Source of the DNA: Parcubacteria bacterium DG_74_1
Lineage (GTDB): Bacteria; Patescibacteriota; Minisyncoccia; Minisyncoccales; DG-74-1
Length of the DNA stretch: 64,000 nt
Assembly (NCBI GenBank): GCA_001303125.1
Contig: LJNE01000002.1
Span: 35,564-99,563, forward strand
Reading direction: 5' to 3'
In this document: piece by piece, positions 10,695-19,347 of the stretch
Numbering within the stretch: the first letter of the stretch is position 1
Layout of the letters: the number at the start of each line of letters is the position of its first letter
Translations under genes and position numbers: made by a program
The notes under the pieces: generated by a model
Database searches by the model: none
Told to the model about the DNA's origin: nothing
Seen by the model: the letters and a program-made list of their open reading frames with translations, nothing else

Positions 10695-11354
10695 CTATCC
10701 AACTAAAAGTGTCGAAACTATTCCAACCAGAAATATTCCGTCAAAAACGCCCGCTCCGCCAATTGATAAATATCCGCCGTATTTCCGAGCTTTTCTCAAA
10801 TTTAGCATATCAGCGCCGATCAAAGTTCCTAGAACGCCAGCGACAAAAGCAGTCGGCGCGGCAAACTCAGGAGCCAAGATCAAGGCAAAAATAGCTGAAA
10901 AAATCGGCGGAATAAAAAAAGGCAGGGTAATACCTCTGCCAGGGACGACTCTAGCTAAAAATTTAGTAAGAATAATCATAAAAAAAACGGCGACTAAAAC
11001 TGGCGCCAGTTCAACCCCCTGCTTCCAAAGTAAAAACAAAAAATAAAAAGAGAGTAAAATCGGCAAAAGCCCACCGCCCAAATTAATGGCCACTCCTTGA
11101 ATTTCAACCTGAGGTACCCGGAATAAACCGAAAAACCTTGCTCGGGTAGAATAAACCAATTTCTTTCTGGTTAAAGGAATATTAATACAAGAGCCGATTA
11201 AAATTAAAAAAAGTAAAAATATCGTTACACCGCTCGAAATCCCCAATCCTTCAAAGCTAAGGGTGATAATGTGGAAATAAGCCAAGGCTAATAAAATCGG
11301 CAAAAATAAAATAAAGAGTAGAAAAATTAGTAAAGCGATCGGGATAAAAATCAT
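10695..11354 (-). CDS. Integral membrane protein (DUF1614-like)
   Basis: Multiple TM helices; IGADMLNL...SIGGAGVFDGIF motif. Confidence 0.55.
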   Translation of the reverse strand: MIFIPIALLIFLLFILFLPILLALAYFHIITLSFEGLGISSGVTIFLLFLILIGSCINIPLTRKKLVYSTRARFFGLFRVPQVEIQGVAINLGGGLLPILLSFYFLFLLWKQGVELAPVLVAVFFMIILTKFLARVVPGRGITLPFFIPPIFSAIFALILAPEFAAPTAFVAGVLGTLIGADMLNLRKARKYGGYLSIGGAGVFDGIFLVGIVSTLLVG

Positions 11355-11369
11355 AGATAATGTTTTTAT

Positions 11370-13862
11370 TTAGCCATACTTAGGCCAACAACATTTTTTA
11401 TATTTTTTACCACTACCACAAGGACAGGGGTCGTTTCGTCCAGGTTTATTTTTCAATCGCTGATGATTGCCAACGGTGGTCACTTGTCGCTGGGTAGCCG
11501 GAATTGGTTGTTGAGTCTGCGGCTTCAAGGAAACCCTCAAAATCATATTAGCAATATTTGCTTCTATGTTAGCAATCAATCTCTGAAACATCTTGTGGCC
11601 CTCGCTTTTATATTCCACCAAGGGATCTCGCTGACCGTAAGCTCGTAATCTAACCGAATCCCTTAGCGCCTCCATTTCTTCCAAATGATTCATCCAAAAC
11701 ATATCAAGAGTCCTCAAGGCGACAAATTTAGCAACCTGATTAAAATTCTCTCCGAGTTCTTGCTCTTTCTGTGCCAAGGCTTTCTTTGCTTCGTCACTTT
11801 CAATCCAAGCTTCAATTTGCAATCGCCAATCTTCAGTTTGTAGTAATCCTTTTCTCTTTTTGTAAATCACTTCCCGGTGCTTGTTCAAGACGTCATCATA
11901 ATCCAATAAATGTTTCCTTGTATCAAAATTAAACCCCTCAATTTTTGACTGAGCCGATTCAATAGCGCCGGAAATCATTTTTGCTTCAATTGGCTGATCC
12001 TCGGGAATTTTTAAAAAGGTCATGAGGGATTTTATTCTTTCAGGGGCAAAAATCCTCATTAAATCGTCTTCCAAAGAAATAAAAAACTGTGAAGAGCCAG
12101 CATCTCCCTGTCTACCGCTCCGGCCTTGCAACTGGTTGTCAATTCTTCTGGCCTCATGCCGTTCCGAACCTATAACGTGGAGGCCGCCTGATTCTTTAAC
12201 TCTTCCAGCTCCTTCAGGATTTTGTGGATTTCCACCCAAAATAATATCTACTCCCCTACCCGCCATATTGGTAGCCACAGTTACTGCCCCTGCCTTTCCA
12301 GCCTGAGCAATAATTTCTCCCTCTCTTTCATGGTTGGTTGCATCTAAAACCTGACAGGTAATTCCTTCTCTTTCTAAAAGAGCTTTTATTATTCTGTTTT
12401 TTTCTATTGCCCCCATGGTGTATTGACCCACTGTAAAACCGCCCGTACCAATCAAGATCGGTTGACCTTTTTGGTGGCGCTCTTTTACTTCTTTCACTAA
12501 GGCTTTAAACTTCCCCTCTTTTGTTTTATAAATTCTGTCAGGTAAATCTTCTCTAATCATTGGTTCGTTTGTTGGCACAATAATCACCTCTAATTTATAA
12601 ACTTTATCAAATTCCTCAGCTGAAGTGACGGCTGTTCCGGTCATACCAGCTAATTTTTTATACATACGGAAATAGTTTTGAAAAGTGATTGAAGCTAAAG
12701 TTAAAGATTCCGGCTGAACCCGTACGCCCTCCTTCGCTTCAACCGCTTGATGTAATCCCCCTGACCACCTCCTGCCTGGCATTAATCTGCCAGTAAATTC
12801 ATCAACAATAATAATCTCGCCGTCTCTAATCACATAATCTCTGTCTTTCTTAAATAGAACTTCAGCCCTCAAGGCCTGCTCTAAATGATGAACGTATTTA
12901 ATTCCTTTTTCTTCATAAATATTGCCCATGCCCAAAATTTTCTCTACTTTATTGATTCCTTCTTCTGATAGACTAACTGTTCTTAATTTTTCATCTACCT
13001 GATAGTCGGTTTTAGCATTCAACCTAGGAATAATCCTGGCAAAGTCTTGGTACCACTTAGAGCTCTCCATATCAGGAGCCGAAATAATCAATGGCGTCCT
13101 GGCCTCGTCAATTAAAATTGAGTCTACTTCATCAACGATGGCAAAATTAAACTCTCGCTGAACCATCTGGTTCAAATCATAAACCATATTATCCCGTAGA
13201 TAATCAAACCCGAATTCGTTATTGGTACCATAAGTAATATCCGCCTCATAGGCCTCTTTTCTAGAACAAGGCCTCAAGTAATCTTCAACAACTTTAAATG
13301 CTCCTGTCGTGTCCCTTTTTTCGTCTAATTGTTCACTGTCCGCTGTTCTTTGTTTATTAATATATGTTGGATCATAAAGATACGCTGTATCGTGCACTAT
13401 ACATCCTGTTGACATACCAAGCGCATAATATATCTGCCCCATCCAGACCGTGTCACGCCTGGCTAAATAATCATTAACCGTTACCAGATGACAGCCCCTT
13501 CCTTCCAGAGCATTTAAATAGAGAGGAAGGGTGGCAGCTAGAGTTTTTCCTTCTCCGGTTTTCATTTCAGCAATTTTACCCTGATGTAAAACAATCCCGC
13601 CAATTAACTGGCAATCAAAGTGTCGTTGATTAAGAGTTCTCTTAGCCGCTTCACGAACCTGCGCAAAGGCGTCGGGCAAAATATTATCCAAAGATTCTCC
13701 TCTTCTCAATTTTTCTTTTAGTTCTTGGGTTTTGACTTTTAGTTGCTCATTAGAAAAAGCTTCGAATCGTGATTCGAGCTGATTGATTTTATCAACCGCT
13801 AGCTGGAGCTGTTTTAAATATTTCTCGTTGGCATCGCCAAAAATTTTATCAATAAGCCCCAT
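11370..13862 (-). CDS. secA: Preprotein translocase ATPase SecA
   Basis: DEAD-like motor motifs and C-terminal zinc-binding CPCGSGKKYKKCC. Confidence 0.95.
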   Translation of the reverse strand: MGLIDKIFGDANEKYLKQLQLAVDKINQLESRFEAFSNEQLKVKTQELKEKLRRGESLDNILPDAFAQVREAAKRTLNQRHFDCQLIGGIVLHQGKIAEMKTGEGKTLAATLPLYLNALEGRGCHLVTVNDYLARRDTVWMGQIYYALGMSTGCIVHDTAYLYDPTYINKQRTADSEQLDEKRDTTGAFKVVEDYLRPCSRKEAYEADITYGTNNEFGFDYLRDNMVYDLNQMVQREFNFAIVDEVDSILIDEARTPLIISAPDMESSKWYQDFARIIPRLNAKTDYQVDEKLRTVSLSEEGINKVEKILGMGNIYEEKGIKYVHHLEQALRAEVLFKKDRDYVIRDGEIIIVDEFTGRLMPGRRWSGGLHQAVEAKEGVRVQPESLTLASITFQNYFRMYKKLAGMTGTAVTSAEEFDKVYKLEVIIVPTNEPMIREDLPDRIYKTKEGKFKALVKEVKERHQKGQPILIGTGGFTVGQYTMGAIEKNRIIKALLEREGITCQVLDATNHEREGEIIAQAGKAGAVTVATNMAGRGVDIILGGNPQNPEGAGRVKESGGLHVIGSERHEARRIDNQLQGRSGRQGDAGSSQFFISLEDDLMRIFAPERIKSLMTFLKIPEDQPIEAKMISGAIESAQSKIEGFNFDTRKHLLDYDDVLNKHREVIYKKRKGLLQTEDWRLQIEAWIESDEAKKALAQKEQELGENFNQVAKFVALRTLDMFWMNHLEEMEALRDSVRLRAYGQRDPLVEYKSEGHKMFQRLIANIEANIANMILRVSLKPQTQQPIPATQRQVTTVGNHQRLKNKPGRNDPCPCGSGKKYKKCCWPKYG

Positions 13863-13937
13863 AACAGTAATAAATTATACAACAAAATTAGAGAGTTTCC
13901 AAAGTCAAAAGGAGTTTAACCCCTTTTTGTTTAGTAT

Positions 13938-14801
13938 CTAAGGTTCTGCTCTAAACACCGCCGAAGAAAAGTGAATCTCAGGAGAATAATATTTTGTTTT
14001 AATATTCAGTTTTTTATATTTTCTTTTTATTTCTTCAAAATTAATCTTATCGAAATTAATCTCTTTTGAGCCAAAGGAGAAAGTATGTTCGTCAAAAGGA
14101 AAACAGCCGACAAAAGCTTTGTGGATTTTAAAAAAGGGGAAAACTTTTTTAATTATCTTTCTGGCTTTTTTAGCAAATTTTTCTCCAAAATAAGCAGTCT
14201 GAAAAGCGGCCACGCCTTTCTTTTGAAGGGCCTTTAAAATGTCTTTGTAAAATTGGGCTCTCCAAAGAGCCAATGACAAGCTGTAAGGATCAGTTGAATC
14301 GCTAATAATGATATCGAAATAATTCTTATAATCTCTGACAAATTTTAATGCATCTTCATTAAATATTTTCAAGCGTTTATCATTAAAAGCTCCGCGGGAA
14401 ACCGATGACAAATATTTTTTTGAAACCTCAATTACTTTTTTATCAATATCAACTAAGAGAATTTCTTTAACTGATTTGTACTTAACAACTTCTCTAAGTG
14501 CTCCGCCGTCTCCGCCACCGACAATTAAAACTCTTTCCGGTCTTCTATGATAGAAAAAGGCCGGCTGAACCAGCATTTCGTGATAAATGGCTTCATATTT
14601 TGTTGAAAGCTGAATTAAGCCGTCGAGAGTTAAAATCCGGCCGAATTCTTTTGTCTCGAAAATCTTAATTTTTTGAAAATTGCTCCTCCCGGAATAAATT
14701 TCTTTTTCAATAAGAACTCCCCACGTAGAAGTTGGGGATTCGGTTGGTAACTTAAAGTCTTCGAAAAACCAATTTTTGCCAAAAAGAAATTTTTTAATCA
14801 T
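13938..14801 (-). CDS. speE: Spermidine synthase (polyamine aminopropyltransferase)
   Basis: VLIVGGGDGGALREV, SDSTDP motif. Confidence 0.85.
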   Translation of the reverse strand: MIKKFLFGKNWFFEDFKLPTESPTSTWGVLIEKEIYSGRSNFQKIKIFETKEFGRILTLDGLIQLSTKYEAIYHEMLVQPAFFYHRRPERVLIVGGGDGGALREVVKYKSVKEILLVDIDKKVIEVSKKYLSSVSRGAFNDKRLKIFNEDALKFVRDYKNYFDIIISDSTDPYSLSLALWRAQFYKDILKALQKKGVAAFQTAYFGEKFAKKARKIIKKVFPFFKIHKAFVGCFPFDEHTFSFGSKEINFDKINFEEIKRKYKKLNIKTKYYSPEIHFSSAVFRAEP

Positions 14802-14842
14802 TTACTTAGTTCTACTGGCAGGACGAAGTGAAAGAATGGGAT

Positions 14843-15286
14843 TTATGCTCTTCGTCCGAATCCCACGCCTCTTTTTATTTCTTTTATTTCAACTTTTTTA
14901 GGTTTAAATTCTTTTTTAAAATATTCTAAAGCTCTGTGAGGTATAGCTTGACATCCGCAAGTAAAAATATCAATTGCCAAGTAATTTATTTCCGGCCAGG
15001 AATGCAGGGCAATATGACTTTCGGCCAACAAAATAACCCCAGTTATTCCGTGGGGAGAGAATTTATAGATAGAAATTTTTAAAGGAATGTTCTTAGCTCT
15101 CTTTGCTGCCTCAATCAAAATTCTTTTTAGCTCTTTCGGGCTCTCAATGTTTTCTCCATGCCAAAATTCGGCGATCAGGTGAATGCCGGCGTATTTTTGC
15201 TTGCGCCAGAGGGTCACATAACTGTTCCTCCGGGGGATTTTCTTCTGAGGGATCCATAAAGTGGATCTCTTTGTTTTTTGAACCAT
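14843..15286 (-). CDS. speH: S-adenosylmethionine decarboxylase proenzyme (small pyruvoyl-dependent class) with a basic N-terminal extension
   Basis: GIHLIAEFW...LLAESHIALHSWPE...AIDIFTCG, including the Glu-Ser proenzyme cleavage site. Confidence 0.8.
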   Translation of the reverse strand: MVQKTKRSTLWIPQKKIPRRNSYVTLWRKQKYAGIHLIAEFWHGENIESPKELKRILIEAAKRAKNIPLKISIYKFSPHGITGVILLAESHIALHSWPEINYLAIDIFTCGCQAIPHRALEYFKKEFKPKKVEIKEIKRGVGFGRRA

Positions 15287-15391
15287 ATTACTTTGGTTAA
15301 CCGCTTACACAGAAAAGTTTACAAGCTTTTCTTAGCTGACCGAGCATATGACAATTATGTGCCCGGAAAAACAAAGAGTGAAAAAAAGCGG

Positions 15392-15718
15392 TTAACGGAT
15401 TAAAACCCTATTTTTAATTTTCTTTGCTCCGAAAATTTTTTTGGTAAAATCGGTAGGTTTTCTTTCATTAAACAGCCTGCAAGAAAAAATATTAATGAAA
15501 CCTCGATTCCAGAGTTCGGGAAAATGACCAGTAAGAGAGCCCCTTTCTATCAGCTGGACCAAAGAAAATCCTGTAGCATAAGGATTATCTAAAGCAAATC
15601 TCTTACAAATTGGTTTACCATATCTTTTAATTTTTAGCAAGCGGTAAAGCTCTTTTAAGTATTGTAAAATCTTTTTCTTTGAGCGAATAACTTTCGGGTC
15701 ACAATCTAATAAATCCAA
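15392..15718 (-). CDS. AdoMetDC-like paralog lacking the canonical ES processing site; apparent TTG start and no internal Met (could be a pseudogene)
   Basis: Aligns to speH across LIERGSLTGHFPE...INIFSC, but ES is replaced by RGS; the frame is closed immediately upstream of the TTG. Confidence 0.45.
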   Translation of the reverse strand: MDLLDCDPKVIRSKKKILQYLKELYRLLKIKRYGKPICKRFALDNPYATGFSLVQLIERGSLTGHFPELWNRGFINIFSCRLFNERKPTDFTKKIFGAKKIKNRVLIR

Positions 15719-15810
15719 AATTAATTCCTTCCCCTATATTTTCTTTTCTATGCCGTCGGACATTTTAATTTTGTAATTAAATGCTTTAGTTTATGATAAT
15801 GAATTTGGAT

Positions 15811-15886
15811 AAAAAAACAACCCCCCCATCACTTCTAAATCGAAACTTTTTTAGGTTTCGCAATAATTTCAAAAGTGGTGGGGGGG
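15811..15886 (-). terminator. Intrinsic terminator downstream of murB (minus strand)
   Basis: 14-bp G/C-rich stem CCCCCCCA(T/C)CACTT (15821-15834 / 15873-15886) enclosing a nested CGAAAC/GTTTCG hairpin. Followed on the minus strand by TTGTTTTTTT (plus-strand A-run 15811-15820). Confidence 0.6.
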
Positions 15887-16094
15887 CCAAGAAGATTTTA
15901 TCTCTTCTTCTTCTTCTTTCTTTTTTTTGGCATGAGATTATTCTTTTTAAAGAAGATCAAACAAATATTCGACCACTATTTGTCTTTATTACTTTATTTT
16001 TTCATTTCAAGAAATTTTGTCAAGTGTGCATAACTCAAAAAATGCAAAATTCAAAACTCAAAACTCAAAATAATAAATTGAAATGTAAAATTTT

Positions 16095-16910
16095 TTAATT
16101 TTTAAACCCTAAGTATTGAATTTCTTCTTCTAATTTTATTTTAAACTTCTCTTTTATTGATTTTTTTACAAAACTTATTAATTTTTTAACATCTTTTGCC
16201 TTTGCATTTCCTAAATTGACAATAAAATTGGAATGTTTTTCAGAGATTTGAGCCTGGCCAATTTTTTTACCGGTTAAACCAGCTCGATCTATCAAGATTG
16301 CGGCCGGAGTATCGCCAATGCCCCGTCTAGTCCCATGAGAGCGAGTTGGATTTTTAAAGACACTCCCCGCTGAAGGCAACCGTGGGTGATGCTGCCTTCG
16401 GTAATCCAAATATTCTTTTATTTTCTTAGGGTTGCTCTTTTCTGATTTAATTTCTACCGAAAGAATAACTAAGTTTTTTCTTTTTTTGAAAATACTGTTG
16501 CGATAAGCGAACCGGCAATCCTTATTTTTAAAAGTTCTGAACTTCTCGGTTCTGGCGTCAAAAACTTCAACGCTTTTGACCGCGTCTTTCATTGATTTCC
16601 CAAAAGCGCCGGCATTACCGTAAACCGCTCCTTCAATAGTTCCCGGAATACCAGCTGCCCAATCCAGTCCCTTGGAAACGTACAACGACAACGATCTTCC
16701 GAACTTAATAACCACTCCTCTATAACCTTTATTGGAAATCAAGAGATTGCTACCTCCGCCCAAAATAAAAAATGGCAGTTTCATTTTTTTTGCAGAGTTG
16801 ACAGATTCTATTAGCTCCTTTTTCGTTCTAGCTTCAAAAAAATATTTTGCTCTTCCGCCAATTCTAAAAGTGGTATAATTTTTCAGTGAAATGTTTTTCT
16901 TAAATTTCAT
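16095..16910 (-). CDS. murB: UDP-N-acetylenolpyruvoylglucosamine reductase
   Basis: FAD-binding N-terminus NYTTFRIGGRAKYF, ILGGGSNLL, C-terminal MurB domain. Confidence 0.85.
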   Translation of the reverse strand: MKFKKNISLKNYTTFRIGGRAKYFFEARTKKELIESVNSAKKMKLPFFILGGGSNLLISNKGYRGVVIKFGRSLSLYVSKGLDWAAGIPGTIEGAVYGNAGAFGKSMKDAVKSVEVFDARTEKFRTFKNKDCRFAYRNSIFKKRKNLVILSVEIKSEKSNPKKIKEYLDYRRQHHPRLPSAGSVFKNPTRSHGTRRGIGDTPAAILIDRAGLTGKKIGQAQISEKHSNFIVNLGNAKAKDVKKLISFVKKSIKEKFKIKLEEEIQYLGFKN

Positions 16911-17004
16911 TATTAAAGAGCCGGGAGAGTTAACTCCAATTCTAAGTCTTTAGTGAGTGCTATCCTCCCGGCCCAATTCTATTATAGCAAAAATCAAAAA
17001 ATAA

Positions 17005-17076
17005 AAAAACAACGAGCCTTACTATAGAAAGGCCCGCTGTCGACTTAGCGGAGTCGCGCTTTTGCGCTCACTCACT
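17005..17076 (-). ncRNA. Candidate small RNA or structured leader: promoter, three hairpins, U-run
   Basis: Minus-strand TTGACA (17106-17111) / 17 nt / TAATAT (17083-17088). Downstream about 70 nt forms hairpins GAGCGCAAAAGCGC, CCGCTAAGTCGACAGCGG and GGCCTT..AAGGCT, followed by a long T-run (plus-strand A-run about 16989-17010). Confidence 0.3.
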
Positions 17077-17154
17077 GATTAAATATTAGCAAATTAAACA
17101 ATTTCTGTCAACCCCTTTAAAATCTTGACCGGGGAAGTCGGCCTTTTCTAAAAT

Positions 17155-19347
17155 CTAATTAGGTGTGGGAACTAGAGATGTCGCCCATGCGGGATTAATC
17201 TCAATTGCTTCCTTAATTTTTCTTTGAGTCAGCTCATTATCTCCCATAATTTGGGCTATTCGAACAACTATGAGGTGAGACTGGAAAAGATTCGGTTCCA
17301 GCGCTACAGCTTTCTCAGCTAAAGAAAGGGCTTCATCTGGTCTTCCTTGATAGATCCGGGTTTGGGCCAACGACCAATAGCCCTGCTGATTGGTCGGGCT
17401 AACCTCTATTGCTCTTCCCAAAACTCTTTCTGCTCCAGACATTTTCGTCGGGTCAAGTAAAACGGCGTAAGCATTGTAAAGTTGGCCTAATCTTAGGTAA
17501 GCATTGTAAAGTTGTCCTAATTTTAGATAAGCGCGGAAGTCCAACGGCGATTCTGTGATGCTTTTTTCCAGTTCTTCAATCACAAAATCGAGCTCTTCTT
17601 TAAAGTTTTCAACCGGCACTTGTTCTGCTACCTGTTCACTCTGGGCAAGCTCCAGAGTGGTTTGACCAAAGAACTCTCTTATTTGATATTTTCCCAAGGG
17701 AGAACTTGCCAGGGCTTTTTTGTATAAATCCAGGCGTCCGGCTGAGGAGGCCGCTGGCACTCCTAGGCTAGCAACAGTATAATAAGAAGTTTTCAGAGGT
17801 TGAATTACAAAATAAAAGAAGGAAAAAGCGAATAAAATTAGGAAAATTAGAGAAAACCAGGGTTTTACGGAAATATTTTTCTGAGGAATGAGTTCTTCTC
17901 TTGGCACAGCCACGCTAGCTACAAAACCTAAAACCAAAAAGAACATCAAATAACTGGAAATCATATCAAAGACAGTTAAGTTCTGAATAGAATAACCTAT
18001 TAAAACAACGCTGAAAATTCCGGCCGTCCAAAACTCTACTCCACCACCTGGGCTTTTTATTTTTTGGTTATTATCTCCAAAAGTATTTTCACGATATTTC
18101 TCGGAATCATCTGAAACAGGTGGGGCATAAAAAATAAGATATCTTTTCCATAGAAGATAGAAAATAGCTAGAAAAATCCCGAGGTAACTTACCATTCCCA
18201 AAATACCCGTAGTAACTAAAGTGTCAAAAATAATGTTGTGCGCCCGGTCGTACCAAATATCGACGCCACACTTCGGAGTACCCATGCAAGGATTGTAATT
18301 TTTCATAAAGGAAAGTTCGAAATTTTCCAGCCCCCAACCCAAAAGTGGCTTTTCTAAAAAACCTTTCCAAGATTCCTGCCAGACTGGTAATCTTCCGCCG
18401 ATAGTTTCCATGTACGCCTGGCCGACAAATCTCTCGGCTATCTCTTTCCTAACGAAGCTATCCGGTTGAAAAGCAAGAAAGACAAAATAAAGAGTGGAAA
18501 TAAGAAAAACAACCAAGAGAAAAGCTCCGACCAATTTTAAAACTCCCTTTTTATAAAAAATTAGCCAGAGAAAAAACAATATAACTAAGCTAAATAAGAA
18601 AGACAGCTTAGCTGCCCTCGCCCCGTTCACCAACATGAACGTCAGAAGAATTATTAAAAAACAAATAACACCCCACCATCTATATATATTCTGCAATTTT
18701 ATTTCTTTTCCGGGGCCAAAAATCAAATAAAGAGCGAAAAAAATAACGAATACGAAACAAGTACCCAAGAAAGAAGTGTTGCCCACGGTTGCTCCACCTC
18801 GCATGGCCGGATTTGTTGAGGAAAGAGCAATAAATCCCAGGATCACGCCGACGGAAACAGCCACAGCAAAAATTTTAAACCAATCTTCTTTTTTACGAAA
18901 GACGGAAGAAACTACCAAAAAGAAGGCGAACAGATGAAACCACATTAAAAGCCCGGTCATTCTTTCCGGTTTTGACCAAAAGCTATAAGAGGGATTCTCA
19001 CCAAAAGCAGAGCTTAGGGTCAGAACGACCAAAAATAAAATCAAGGCGACCAAGAGGGGATTCTTCTGAGGACGATACTGAGGAAAATAAAAAATCAAAA
19101 ATAACCAGATAAAGAACATAATCTGTACCAAGCCCATAAAATATAAACTTTTCGGACTGACAAAAGGAAAGAAAAAATTTCCGTTCATAATCAAGGGGGT
19201 GAATAGAGTTAAATAAGTTATCGCGGTAATAATAAAAAGACACAGCTCTTCCACGTGAGTTTTAGGTCTGAGCTGTCTTTCTTTCCAGTTCTCCCCAAGA
19301 TTTTTACTGGCAAACCTTTCTCTTTTTTCTCTAGATCTCTTTCCCAT
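17155..19347 (-). CDS. Polytopic membrane protein with O-antigen ligase/Wzy-like domain and C-terminal TPR repeats
   Basis: More than 10 TM helices, Wzy_C-like central region, C-terminal TPR; contains a 30-bp tandem duplication (17467-17526). Confidence 0.7.
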   Translation of the reverse strand: MGKRSREKRERFASKNLGENWKERQLRPKTHVEELCLFIITAITYLTLFTPLIMNGNFFFPFVSPKSLYFMGLVQIMFFIWLFLIFYFPQYRPQKNPLLVALILFLVVLTLSSAFGENPSYSFWSKPERMTGLLMWFHLFAFFLVVSSVFRKKEDWFKIFAVAVSVGVILGFIALSSTNPAMRGGATVGNTSFLGTCFVFVIFFALYLIFGPGKEIKLQNIYRWWGVICFLIILLTFMLVNGARAAKLSFLFSLVILFFLWLIFYKKGVLKLVGAFLLVVFLISTLYFVFLAFQPDSFVRKEIAERFVGQAYMETIGGRLPVWQESWKGFLEKPLLGWGLENFELSFMKNYNPCMGTPKCGVDIWYDRAHNIIFDTLVTTGILGMVSYLGIFLAIFYLLWKRYLIFYAPPVSDDSEKYRENTFGDNNQKIKSPGGGVEFWTAGIFSVVLIGYSIQNLTVFDMISSYLMFFLVLGFVASVAVPREELIPQKNISVKPWFSLIFLILFAFSFFYFVIQPLKTSYYTVASLGVPAASSAGRLDLYKKALASSPLGKYQIREFFGQTTLELAQSEQVAEQVPVENFKEELDFVIEELEKSITESPLDFRAYLKLGQLYNAYLRLGQLYNAYAVLLDPTKMSGAERVLGRAIEVSPTNQQGYWSLAQTRIYQGRPDEALSLAEKAVALEPNLFQSHLIVVRIAQIMGDNELTQRKIKEAIEINPAWATSLVPTPN
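17467..17526. repeat. 30-bp tandem duplication (x2, 2 mismatches) inside the TPR region of the Wzy-like gene
   Basis: GTAAGCATTGTAAAGTTGGCCTAATCTTAG / GTAAGCATTGTAAAGTTGTCCTAATTTTAG, encoding duplicated AYLKLGQLYN / AYLRLGQLYN. Confidence 0.8.

Noticed and set aside
15287-15391. SAM riboswitch in the speH leader
   Set aside because: The region is structured and biologically tempting (SAM decarboxylase), but I could not match any SAM-I/II/III/V/VI consensus by eye. Retained only as an unclassified structured leader.
15793-16098. 101-aa plus-strand ORF in the murB-downstream spacer
   Set aside because: Low-complexity translation of poly-C/poly-T and microsatellite sequence. It spans the terminator hairpin. 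Not a credible gene.
16917-16975. tRNA-like 7-bp stem GCCGGGA...TCCCGGC followed by CCA-like bases
   Set aside because: Only about 57 nt between the stems, no T-loop (GTTCRANYC) or D-arm consensus, and the 3' end reads C-CAA not N-CCA. Better explained as a 5'-leader hairpin of murB.
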